DNA of 64,000 bases from Phycisphaerae bacterium (GTDB taxonomy: Bacteria > Planctomycetota > Phycisphaerae > UBA1845 > Fen-1342). The notes beneath the pieces are model-generated. The model had not been told where the DNA came from, did not search any database, and saw nothing but the letters and a program-made list of their open reading frames with translations. Shown here piece by piece: positions 32,159 through 41,332 of this stretch; the stretch's first letter is position 1; each line of letters opens with the position of its first letter. Both the position numbers and the translations under genes were made by a program. Location: positions 32,001 to 96,000 of the forward strand of contig CAXXWX010000004.1 in NCBI GenBank assembly GCA_963675745.2. The letters run 5' to 3'.

Positions 32159-33427
32159 TCAGAAGCGGATGATACGGGTGGGGGCGGCCGCGCGGCGTGT
32201 GAGCGTTTTCTCGTCCACTTTCACGCCCAGCCCGAAGCCCGTTCGCGGCTTCAGGCGCCCGCCAAAGCCGAATTGCACGACATAGCGTGTGACATCATCT
32301 TTGAGCAGCCAGCGTCCGAAAGCGCCTTCCACAAAGCGCACTTCGGGGCAGGCTTCGAGAAACGCGGCGCCGGCGGCGCTGAGCAGACTCGTCTCGCCGA
32401 CGAGGCAGCCGAGCTGTACATCGAGCCCCGCGTTCAGCGCGGTCCGTGCTATTCGCAGTGACGGCATCAAGCCGCCGTTCTTGGCGATACGGATGTTGAG
32501 CACCTTGACGCCACCGCCATCGATCAGGCGCCGTGCATCTTCGAGTGTCAGCAGTGACTCGTCGGCGATCAGGTCGCAGGCGGTCTGTTCGGCCAGCCAC
32601 GCCAGGTCGCCGTCGGCGGCTTCAGGTAGCGGCTGTTCGAGCGCGCTCACGCCATGCCGTTCGAGCACTGGCAGGGCGTTGTGGGCTTCCGCCAGCGTCC
32701 AGGCGCCGTTCGCGTCGGCACGCAAAGTGGCGCGCCCGGCCTTGATCGGCTTTGCCAGGTTGCGACCGGCCCACGCAAGGCGCTCCTCCCAGCCGTCGAC
32801 GCCCACCTTGATCTTGAAATCACGCAAGCGGTACGCCCGCTGCATGTTCAGGAACAATCCGAGCCGGCGCCGGGATTTCCCGATAATCATGCCGGAGTAG
32901 CGCGCCGTGCGAATGCAACCAGGTGGACCGAACCCCGGCAAGCCCATCCAGCCGGACATATCCGCCGCACGACGCCGGAATGTCCGGCCGGCCAGATCAA
33001 CCAGTGCCAGCTCCAGCGCCGCCCGCGCGGCACACACGATCCTACCCTCCGCCTCAAACGGCAGTTGCTCGATGAACTCCAGCGCATCGGCGAAACTCTG
33101 CGGCTGAAAGCTGACCAGCAGCGGTGCGAACTCACGCGTGAGGTCTTCCATCACCGACGCCGGAGTCTCGCCGGTCACATATGGCCGTGCCAGCGTTTCA
33201 CCATAGCCCGTGAGCTCGGCATATGGGGCGGCGGCGGCCAGACGCACGACGAGCGGGTCGGCTGTGTCACGCACGGCGGAGGCGTGCTCAAACCGGGCGC
33301 GCATCGGGATTGCCAGTGGCGTGATCCGCATTTCGCGGATTCTCAGCGGGTCTTTGGCTCTCTGAATAATGGTAATTGCTCCATCGGGGCCGCCCGGCCC
33401 TGTTTTGCACGATCCGGTTGACCGCAT
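32159..33427 (-). CDS. Enolase-superfamily enzyme (muconate lactonizing enzyme / dipeptide epimerase subgroup)
   Basis: GYGETLARPYVTGET, FKIKVG, RADAN, LEQP, ADES, NIRIAKNGG, GCLVGET; the true start is probably downstream of 33427. Confidence 0.85.
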   Translation of the reverse strand: MRSTGSCKTGPGGPDGAITIIQRAKDPLRIREMRITPLAIPMRARFEHASAVRDTADPLVVRLAAAAPYAELTGYGETLARPYVTGETPASVMEDLTREFAPLLVSFQPQSFADALEFIEQLPFEAEGRIVCAARAALELALVDLAGRTFRRRAADMSGWMGLPGFGPPGCIRTARYSGMIIGKSRRRLGLFLNMQRAYRLRDFKIKVGVDGWEERLAWAGRNLAKPIKAGRATLRADANGAWTLAEAHNALPVLERHGVSALEQPLPEAADGDLAWLAEQTACDLIADESLLTLEDARRLIDGGGVKVLNIRIAKNGGLMPSLRIARTALNAGLDVQLGCLVGETSLLSAAGAAFLEACPEVRFVEGAFGRWLLKDDVTRYVVQFGFGGRLKPRTGFGLGVKVDEKTLTRRAAAPTRIIRF

Positions 33428-33479
33428 ACACTAACGGCTTCAATCAGGACTGTATATCACAGGCATAAGGGACGCATTG

Positions 33480-34987
33480 ATGGCCGAAAAGACGACGATC
33501 GACCAGCTAAGTAAACACATTGGACAGCAGGTCACGCTCCAGGGTTGGCTTCATAACACCCGCTCGAGCGGCAAGCTGCTGTTCCTGATCCTGCGCGACG
33601 GCACCGGCCTGTGCCAGTGTGTGCTCGAGAAGACCGACGCAAATGTCGAGGCCTTCAACGCCGCCAAACACCTGGGCCAGGAGTCCTCGTTGGAGCTAAC
33701 CGGCGAGTGTCGCGCCGACGAACGCTCGGTCGGCGGACACGAGCTGGCCATCAGCGGCCTCAACGTCGTGCAAGACGTGGAGGGCTACCCGATCACACCC
33801 AAACCGCACGGCGTTGACTTCCTCATGCAACGCCGGCACCTTTGGTTCCGTTCGCAACGCCAATGGGCCATATTGCGCATTCGTGCCACGCTGGTTGACG
33901 CCATCCGGCGTTACTTCAACGACAACGGCTTTGTTCTGATTGACACGCCCATCTTTGCGCCGTCAGCGGGCGAGGGCGCCCAGACGCTGTTTCAGGTGGA
34001 TTACTTCGGCGATCCGGTTTACCTGGCGCAGACCGGCCAGCTTTACGTTGAATCCGCCTGCATGGCCCATCGCAAGGTCTATTGCTTCGGGCCGACATTT
34101 CGCGCGGAGAAGAGCAAGACGCGGCGGCACCTGACCGAGTTCTGGATGGTTGAGCCGGAAATTGCGTATGCGGAGCTCGACGATGTGGTCACCCTGGCCG
34201 AGGATTTCACGTGCAGCATTGTGCAGCGCGTCTTGCGGGATCATCGGGCGGAACTGGAGACTCTGGGACGCGATCCCGCGGCGCTCGAGCGGATTCAGAA
34301 GCCTTTCTATCGACTGACCTACTCCGAGGTGGCGGAAATCCTGCGCTCCGAGCGCGTCGCGGGCATGCTCGATGACGAGCTCGCCGCCACGCGCGGCCGG
34401 GTCACGGAGCTGACCAAGCTTATCGACGAGAAGGAAACGGAGCGGACCGCCCAAGGCACCAAGAAGTGGAAACAGGAGAAGCTGGCCCAGGAAGTGGCTG
34501 AGCTGCGCGAGGAGCTCGCCGAGCGCGAGGAGGACGCGCGCAATATCCCCCATCACAAGGAGCTGGCGCGGGCTTCGAGTGGGGCTCCGATCTGGGTGGG
34601 TCCGACGAGACCATCATTGCCCGCATGCACGATCGGCCGGTTTTCGTGACGCACTATCCACGCGCCACCAAGGCGTTTTACATGAAACGCAACCCGGAGG
34701 ATCACCGGCTGGCCAACTGCTTCGACATGCTGGCCCCCGAAGGCTACGGCGAGATCATCGGCGGCTCACAGCGCGAAGACGACCTCGATGTCCTGCTGGA
34801 CGCCATGAAAGCCCAAGACCTCAAGGAAGAGGATTACACCTGGTACCTCGACCTGCGCAAGTACGGCACAGTCCCGCACGGCGGCTTCGGCCTGGGCGTC
34901 GAACGCACGCTGGCCTGGATCTGCGGCCTAAAGCACATCCGCGAGACAATCCCCTATGCACGGATGATGGGGCGGGTGTATCCGTAG
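33480..34987 (+). CDS. asnS: Asparagine--tRNA ligase, split by an apparent 1-nt deletion at about 34570-34572
   Basis: [50 protein letters not shown]; after the shift [12 protein letters not shown]...EIIGGSQRE...[15 protein letters not shown]. Confidence 0.93.
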
Positions 34988-35016
34988 CAGAACATCGCGT
35001 CGCACAAGTGGTCGAG

Positions 35017-35892
35017 CTAATCCGGAATGTGCAATGCAGCTACGAGCCGCAGAACTGCGTTCCACGCATCTTCGAAGGGAATAAAACGCTCGCCGGTTTG
35101 GCGCCTGATGCTCGCATCGTACTCCGTCGCCGCGTGCGCTCGAACCTCCTCGTCAAACGCGGATTTCCGTGGCTCGATATCTCGCTTCTGGCACTTCCGG
35201 ATGAAGAGCCGCGTGATCTTCAGAGGATCAAGTTGCGCGTTTGGCTTCAGCCAGTAATGGGCCACGTCGTAGACATCCTGTGGACGCAGGCGATTCCGCA
35301 ATGGCTGCTGGAGCATCGCCCGTAGCTTCTCCGCAATAATGTCCTCGAGCGTGCATGTTCTGACCTCGGCCCAGTCGTCATCAGAGAGCTTAAGGCCGCG
35401 TGTTTCGCATACGGCGTCATTGAAGCTCACTTCCAGCAGAATCGTGGTTGAAACCGGCTTGGAACCGAAGTGTGCGTAGTAGCGGTCGCCGGGGAACTGA
35501 TAGCCGATCTTTATCTCGTAGGTTGGCCGGGTTGCGCGAGGCGCGGGTGGGTTTCGCCGCACGCGCTGGCAGTTTGCCCTGATGGTGTATCGCTGCTCCA
35601 CTTGTCTTAGCGCGTGGTTCACCCGTTTTCGCAGCCAGTCCGCATCATCCAGTATGCCGTCCCCGTCTACGGTGAAGTCCAGATCCAGCGTGCTTCGTGG
35701 ACTGTCGTAGCCGAAGCGGAGGGCGTTACCACCCTTGAAGGCGAGACCGTCACCCAAGATGGAATCCGCTCCGAGGCACCGCAATGTGACAATACTGACG
35801 AATCGTCTGCGCCCCTCTACGCGCGGGAATCCACTGTCATGACACCATTTGTCGATTTCGCGTTCAGAGGTTGGGAATGGCCGCGGCGCCAT
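35017..35892 (-). CDS. AbiEii-type nucleotidyltransferase toxin (type IV TA)
   Basis: LAFKGGNALRFGY...RSTLDLDF; EDIIAEKLRA; RPQDVYD; start overlaps the antitoxin stop (TAATG). Confidence 0.88.
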   Translation of the reverse strand: MAPRPFPTSEREIDKWCHDSGFPRVEGRRRFVSIVTLRCLGADSILGDGLAFKGGNALRFGYDSPRSTLDLDFTVDGDGILDDADWLRKRVNHALRQVEQRYTIRANCQRVRRNPPAPRATRPTYEIKIGYQFPGDRYYAHFGSKPVSTTILLEVSFNDAVCETRGLKLSDDDWAEVRTCTLEDIIAEKLRAMLQQPLRNRLRPQDVYDVAHYWLKPNAQLDPLKITRLFIRKCQKRDIEPRKSAFDEEVRAHAATEYDASIRRQTGERFIPFEDAWNAVLRLVAALHIPD

Positions 35893-36785
35893 TACTTTGC
35901 CCTCAGTTCCGCCAGCAGGTTGCTCGGAATATTGATTGATAGATTCCAACGCTCCGAGTGTGCCGAGGCAAATGGCCGATCGGCTATCAGTTTCGCGGAG
36001 CCACCGCGCTTGGATCGCTGTGCCCACTCGTCGAGGGTCTGGCGCCTGGCGCCAAGCTTCTCGAGCACGAAACCCACGCGTTGACAGAGCAACGCTTGCC
36101 CGAGTCGTTCCGCGTATTTCACAATCTCGTCCACGCGGATCAGCGGGGCGGCGCGCGCCCAGGCACGTACGACTGCCAGCACGTCACCGCAACGCTTCGG
36201 GAAGCGCAGCGAGTCCACGAGTGTTCGCTCCAGGTCAGTGACGTATATGGGCGCCCCTTTGGCATGGCCGATCATGACACCGAAATCCGCTGGGTCTGTT
36301 GGCCGCAGCCAGTTTACGCGCCGGCCACGCAGAGTTGCCACCAGGCGGTAACGCGGGGCCGGAACATCGAGCCAATCCTCAGCGGTTGTGCCGAGTGGAG
36401 GGCGAGCGGTGGAGTTGCCATAATGTGTCGCGCACAAATCGCCCGGGACTTCGTCAATCAACTCATGGTATGCAAATGCGCTCAGGTGGCTTAGAACGGC
36501 CGTGGGGTTTGCCTCCTGCAAAATCGCTTCGTCAGATACCGGAATGGATGAGGCGTAGGGGACGGTGACGAGGTAAACCCCCCCTACGTCCTCCAATTGA
36601 GATATGCTGCCCTCTGCCAACAAATCCCTGACGACGGATTTGACGCGCGCTCTGTCGGGAGGCGAGAATCCCTGGTGCCTTGCCACGCAGTCGTAGATTA
36701 CGAAGAATCGCCAATCCGCGACTATGGTGCGTTGTTCATCACCAAGCGTTTGTAGGATGCAGGACGAGATTCGCTTTCTATGCAT
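35892..36785 (-). CDS. AbiEi-type antitoxin / transcriptional regulator (type IV TA)
   Basis: GVYLV, VLSHLSAFAYHEL, VTDLERTLVDSLRFPKRCG, QRVGFVLE, ERWNLSIN. Confidence 0.85.
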   Translation of the reverse strand: MHRKRISSCILQTLGDEQRTIVADWRFFVIYDCVARHQGFSPPDRARVKSVVRDLLAEGSISQLEDVGGVYLVTVPYASSIPVSDEAILQEANPTAVLSHLSAFAYHELIDEVPGDLCATHYGNSTARPPLGTTAEDWLDVPAPRYRLVATLRGRRVNWLRPTDPADFGVMIGHAKGAPIYVTDLERTLVDSLRFPKRCGDVLAVVRAWARAAPLIRVDEIVKYAERLGQALLCQRVGFVLEKLGARRQTLDEWAQRSKRGGSAKLIADRPFASAHSERWNLSINIPSNLLAELRAK

Positions 36786-36797
36786 ATGTCTATTGCC

Positions 36798-36834
36798 GGT
36801 TCAATGTAACGTCCTTAGGACGTTACATTGAACC
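36798..36834. promoter_or_regulatory. Perfect inverted repeat, likely the AbiEi autoregulatory operator
   Basis: GGTTCAATGTAACGTCCT-T-AGGACGTTACATTGAACC (18-bp arms, 1-nt centre), 12 nt upstream of the abiEi ATG. Confidence 0.8.
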
Positions 36835-37263
36835 ATCATCAGTGTCAAGGAGAATCTTTTCAGATCGAGAAAGTCCTATAATCACCAAGCTGTTCCACGT
36901 TATATGGAGCTGCAATTGGAGTATCATACAACATTTCGATACGGTGGCCATCTCTCCTGGATGTGATTTGCTCGATTGGCTGATCTCGGGCCGCCCACAA
37001 ACGTCCCGTGCCAGGTAACAGCCAGCGGCTTCAAGACGCAACAATGGTGAGGAGCGCTCACGGGTACTCGATGGGCAGAGCGGGCAGTCGCGCAGCAACG
37101 AGCCGAGCCACAGCAACCCACCGGTGCTCGTCTCACGCTGCCTACCACATCCTCGATCATGGTCCGCACTTTGGAGTCGTCCTGGTTTGCCGCCTCCACG
37201 TTGTCATTGTGTGGTCTAGCGGCTAGGCTTCGCCGACTTGACTACGCAGAGGGAGAGAACGTA

Positions 37264-38466
37264 TTGATCGCCGTGTTTCCCGGGTTTGACTCGGTGCTTG
37301 TCGCCGTGTGGTTCTGGCTCACGCTTCTGATCGGGCTGATCTGGCTTAAGCGCCATATTGACATAAACCAGGGCCAGGCCGAGCCCGCGCTGTGCGCGGA
37401 TGATGCGCGCACTCCCGCCGACGAGCTGCCGGAGCTGTCGATGCTGGTGGCGGGCAAGGAGGAAGAGGCCAATATCGAGCGGTGCCTGACGGGATTGCTC
37501 GCGCAGGACTACCCCCGGCTTCAACTGATCGCCGTCAATGACCGCAGCGAAGATCGCACCGGGGAGATCCTCGACGAGGTGGCCGCCGGCGACGAGCGTC
37601 TGACCGCCGTCCACGTCAAAGAGCTCCCCGCCGGCTGGTTCGGCAAGAACAACGCGATGCGCGAGGGGCTCGAACGGGCGACGGCCGATTGGTTCTGCTT
37701 CACCGACGCCGACTGCAAGTTTGACTCGACCAAGCTGCTTGCGGCCGCGGTTTCGTATGCCGAGCGGGAGAATATCGAGTTTCTTTCGGTGTTGCCCGAA
37801 CTGGAGGCCCTGACGTTCTGGGAGTGCGTAGTTCAGCCGGTCGCCGGCGCGATCATGGTCTACTGGAACCCGCCCCGGAAGGTCAATTCCCCCGACTCTT
37901 CGTGCGCCTATGCCAACGGCGCGTTCATGCTCATGCGGCGAGAGGCGTACGAGCGTCTTGGTGGCCACGACGCGGTCAAGGCCACGCTGAACGAAGACAT
38001 GCACTTCGCACGCCGGGCCAAGGCCCTGGGTGTGCGGCTGCGCGTCATACGCAGCCGAAACCTGTACCGTGTGCGCATGTACACGGGGCTGACGAGAATC
38101 TGGCGCGGCTGGAGCCGGATTTTCTATGGCAGCTTCGGCACGATGACGCGGCTGATTCGCAGCGCCCTGCTGATGACCGTTGCCAGTCTGTCGCCGTACG
38201 TCACATTGGTGCTGTCTCCGCTGGTCGGTGCAAACTGGCCATGGCTGGCGGCGGCGGCGGCGTTGACGATCCTGGTGCAACAGTCCGTGCTATGGCGTTT
38301 CTACAAGCTCTCGGGGCTCGCCGGGCCGTGGGCGCTGACATACCCGCTGGGCACGATCTGCTGCATCGGCATGACGTTCAACGCCATGAGCAAAGCCCTC
38401 GGCACGACCCAGACCAACTGGCGCGGCACAACCTACACCGGCGGATCACACCAACCGGCGCAATAG
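37264..38466 (+). CDS. Glycosyltransferase family 2, membrane-bound (HpnB/CrtQ-like)
   Basis: VNDRSEDRT, LPAGWFGKNNA, FTDAD, ANGAFML, GGHDAV...ED, RMY...WRGWSR; start approximate. Confidence 0.85.
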   Translation: MIAVFPGFDSVLVAVWFWLTLLIGLIWLKRHIDINQGQAEPALCADDARTPADELPELSMLVAGKEEEANIERCLTGLLAQDYPRLQLIAVNDRSEDRTGEILDEVAAGDERLTAVHVKELPAGWFGKNNAMREGLERATADWFCFTDADCKFDSTKLLAAAVSYAERENIEFLSVLPELEALTFWECVVQPVAGAIMVYWNPPRKVNSPDSSCAYANGAFMLMRREAYERLGGHDAVKATLNEDMHFARRAKALGVRLRVIRSRNLYRVRMYTGLTRIWRGWSRIFYGSFGTMTRLIRSALLMTVASLSPYVTLVLSPLVGANWPWLAAAAALTILVQQSVLWRFYKLSGLAGPWALTYPLGTICCIGMTFNAMSKALGTTQTNWRGTTYTGGSHQPAQ

Positions 38467-38473
38467 CGGCAGG

Positions 38474-38698
38474 GTAGGGTAGGTCGAGCGCGGCGAGACT
38501 GGCCGTCGCCGCTTGCGCTATTCAGTCCATAGCCGACAGGAGTGCATCCGCCGCCTGAGCGGGCGTTCTGATCTCCTGCGCTACTTCGTCGCTGACTGCG
38601 GCGTCGAATTCATCCTCAATCGTCATCGCAAACTCGGCCTCGGCGAGGTTGCGAATGCCCTCGGGGTGGCCGGTCTCGCTGCGCTCGATCTACGCTAC
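38474..38698. repeat. Pair of inverted GTAG-type REP-like sequences (REPIN-like)
   Basis: GTAGGGTAGGTCGAGCGCGGCGAGACT (38474-38500) versus reverse complement GTAGCGTAGATCGAGCGCAGCGAGACC (38672-38698). Confidence 0.75.
38522..38689 (-). pseudogene. Acyl-carrier-protein-like fragment between the REPs
   Basis: Manual translation PEGIRNLAEAEFAMTIEDEFDAAVSDEVAQEIRTPAQAADALLSAMD*; no upstream start, in-frame TAG inside the REP. Confidence 0.55.
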
Positions 38699-38767
38699 GG
38701 CTACCCCACGGCGGGTCTGCGGCAGTGCCCCCTCAGCGCGGTCGCGTTGATTGCCGGTGTGGCGGTG

Positions 38768-39745
38768 CTACATGCGGCGGGCGAGGACGAAGTCGGCCAT
38801 GGTGGCCAGGCTCGCGCGGGCGTCGGATTCGGGCAACGCCGCCAGCGCGTCGCGGGCTTCGGCGATGTAGCCGTCGGCAACGGTGCGGGCGTAGTCCACG
38901 CTCCCGCAGTCGGCCAGCAGCCGGGTGACGTCGTGGTGCCGCGCGGGCGGCCCGCCGTCCAGCAGGACACGCAGCGCGGATCGTGTCGCGGAGTTGCCCG
39001 TGTGCAGGCAGTGAATCAATGGCAGCGTCAGCTTGCCTTCGGCGATATCCCGCCCGAGCGACTTGCCGACCTCGGCTTCGTCACCGATCAGGTCGAGCAC
39101 GTCGTCGGTAATTTGAAAGGCGGTGCCCAACGCCATGCCGAACCGCCGCATGCCCCTGACGGTTTCTGGATCGGCGTCGGCGAACTCGGCTCCGAGTTGG
39201 CAGCATGTGCCAATCAGCGACGCCGTCTTGCGGGCGATGATCTCGAGGTAGAGCTCCTCGTCGAGCTCGTAATTGTAGCGGTTGGCGACCTGCATCATCT
39301 CGCCCTCGCAGATCGTGTTCGTCGTGTGGCCGATGACGCGCGCGGCTTCCTGGGAATCCAGGCTGCTGCACAGATGAAAAGCATGACTGATCAGAAAATC
39401 GCCCATCAGCACCGCCCGCTCATTACCCCACAAGCGGTTGACCGTGGCGGCCCGACGCCGAATGTCGGCCTCGTCGAGCACGTCGTCATGCACCAGGGTG
39501 GCGATATGCACCATTTCAACGACGGCGGCGAGCACGTGGTGGGCGGGCGTGACCATGCCACAGGCGCGGGCCGTGAGCAGGAGCAGCGCGGGGCGGAGGC
39601 GTTTGCCGTGGAAGCGGGCGACGTGGTTGCACAAATCGCTGATGAAGCCTTGGTCGCTGATCAGCTCGTCGCGGAAGATCCGCTCGCAGACGCTCAAATC
39701 GTCAGTGATCGGGCTGTATAGCTCGGCGAGTTCGAGTTCGAGCAT
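38768..39745 (-). CDS. Polyprenyl diphosphate synthase (IspB/HepT-like)
   Basis: GKRLRPALL, HIATLVHDDVLD, AVLMGDFL, KTASL, AFQITDDVLD, GKLTLPLI. Confidence 0.93.
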   Translation of the reverse strand: MLELELAELYSPITDDLSVCERIFRDELISDQGFISDLCNHVARFHGKRLRPALLLLTARACGMVTPAHHVLAAVVEMVHIATLVHDDVLDEADIRRRAATVNRLWGNERAVLMGDFLISHAFHLCSSLDSQEAARVIGHTTNTICEGEMMQVANRYNYELDEELYLEIIARKTASLIGTCCQLGAEFADADPETVRGMRRFGMALGTAFQITDDVLDLIGDEAEVGKSLGRDIAEGKLTLPLIHCLHTGNSATRSALRVLLDGGPPARHHDVTRLLADCGSVDYARTVADGYIAEARDALAALPESDARASLATMADFVLARRM

Positions 39746-39829
39746 AGAAACCGCTCCGCCAGCGCGCGGCGAGCCACAGACTGGCATACGCCAACTGTGA
39801 TCATGGTCGAACAGACGGTGTTTATCCAA

Positions 39830-39850
39830 TTGTGATTGAAATTTTCACAA
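39830..39850. promoter_or_regulatory. Palindromic AT-rich operator-like site upstream of the polyprenyl synthase
   Basis: TTGTGA-N9-TCACAA. Confidence 0.4.
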
Positions 39851-39911
39851 CGATTGAAAATCCGGGCCCCGGGGCGCGGTGAGAAACCGTATGGCGCCGC
39901 CCGCCGCCGGA

Positions 39912-40790
39912 CTAGCCGCGCCCGAGCAACACATCCAGCAGCCGCGCCGTCTCGCCTTTGCGCTTCACGATCAGAACCGGCTTGGCGACGGCTGCAATGA
40001 TTCGCTCGGCGGTGCCACCCAGCAGGGCCACCGCACTTGACGTGACGCCACGGCTGCCCACGCAGATCATGTCCATTTTGCGGGAGGCGGCCAGGTCGCT
40101 GATGGCATGCTCGGGCACCTCCGAGCATGAGCAGACCAGCTCAAAGTCAACTCCACTCGTGTCGATATCCGCCACAAACGCCGCCAGCCGCTTGCGCGCC
40201 AGATCCTCCATGCGCTCGGAGGCTTCTTCGAGCGTGAGACCGGACTTGGAATAGCCATAGTCAACGCAGAACACCGTTTGCACGACGACCTGAGGCGTTG
40301 CTTCCTCGGACGAACGGGCGATATCCAACGCCGCGTCGATCGCCAACCTGGAGTGCTCGGAGAAGTCGACCGGCACCAGGACCCGCGAGAGGTGTACATG
40401 CGCGTCCTGCGGAATCAGGAACACGCTGCACGGCGCCTTGCGTGACAGGCGGTTGAACGCGTTGCCGACGGCCACCTGATTCGAGGGCAGCGAGCGGCCG
40501 GCGAGCACGAGGTCGAGCTCTTGGTCCCGGGCGGCCTTCAGCACGACGTCAACGGCCCCCGTCTGGTGGACTTCGAGCGTCAGGCGGTCATGGAGCTCGG
40601 CCGGCAGGTGTGATTTTACGAATTGCTCGTGTTTCACGGCGCCCGGCGCATCCGGGTGATGCCGTTGCAGGTAGACGCACAGGATCGATTCCGACTCGGC
40701 CAGGAGCGCGATTCGGCCGGCGAACGCCAGTACATCCTTGTCGTCGGCCCACTCGTCCAGGTAAACCGCCAAACGCTTGAGCTCTTTCAT
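39912..40790 (-). CDS. Universal stress protein (tandem USP domains)
   Basis: RVLVPVDFSEHSRLA, DMICVGSRG, LLGGTAERII...PVLIVK. Confidence 0.9.
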   Translation of the reverse strand: MKELKRLAVYLDEWADDKDVLAFAGRIALLAESESILCVYLQRHHPDAPGAVKHEQFVKSHLPAELHDRLTLEVHQTGAVDVVLKAARDQELDLVLAGRSLPSNQVAVGNAFNRLSRKAPCSVFLIPQDAHVHLSRVLVPVDFSEHSRLAIDAALDIARSSEEATPQVVVQTVFCVDYGYSKSGLTLEEASERMEDLARKRLAAFVADIDTSGVDFELVCSCSEVPEHAISDLAASRKMDMICVGSRGVTSSAVALLGGTAERIIAAVAKPVLIVKRKGETARLLDVLLGRG

Positions 40791-40937
40791 CACCGGCCCT
40801 CGTTCGATGTTGCTCGGCCCGCACCCACAATGCGCTTGCGGCCGGCCAAAGGTACAGACTTGTCGACGCGCACTTTACAGCGCGTCGGCGGAAGATCAAA
40901 GCTGTGCGCGACCGCGGCCTGTCGCGGGCTCGGCCGG

Positions 40938-41228
40938 TTACTCGTCGTCATCGGCGACTGCGTCGAGTGGTTTGAACAGCAGCGCGATGCGGCCGACACA
41001 GCGCACGAGCTCGCACGGGATTCTGCCGGCCAGATCAGCCGCAAGTGCGGTGCGGGCCTTGCCCGTCTGCGCGGGCAAGCGCACCTTGATCAGGTCGCGG
41101 TTGCTCAGGCAGTGGCGGACCTGGTCGACGACGCCGTCGGTCAGACCGTCGTCGCCGATTGTCAACAGTGGCTTCAGGCGATGGCTGCGGGTGGTCAGGT
41201 CGCGCCGCTGTCTGCCGTTCATGGCCAT
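40938..41228 (-). CDS. yhbY: YhbY/CRM-domain RNA-binding protein
   Basis: QRRDL...HRLKPLLTIGDDGLT...LIKVR...VGRIALLFK. Confidence 0.88.
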   Translation of the reverse strand: MAMNGRQRRDLTTRSHRLKPLLTIGDDGLTDGVVDQVRHCLSNRDLIKVRLPAQTGKARTALAADLAGRIPCELVRCVGRIALLFKPLDAVADDDE

Positions 41229-41332
41229 GGATACCTCTCTACCGATCCCGCATACTGTACAGCCGACCGCCTGCCGTTACGATAGCGGTCGATGTTGAGT
41301 ATCCCCGGCCACAACTGTCCGCAAAGAGGAAC

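Noticed and set aside
34561..34580. Programmed ribosomal frameshift in asnS
   Set aside because: No X XXY YYZ slippery site; a one-base loss in a G run explains it more simply
36924..37199. Cys-rich minus-strand ORF (GCCGSARCC) as a possible modified-peptide precursor
   Set aside because: No RBS support, no nearby maturase, and composition looks non-coding; more likely islet debris
37264..39745. GT2 plus polyprenyl synthase as a carotenoid or hopanoid cluster
   Set aside because: The genes are convergent, and no squalene/phytoene synthase, desaturase or cyclase is in the window
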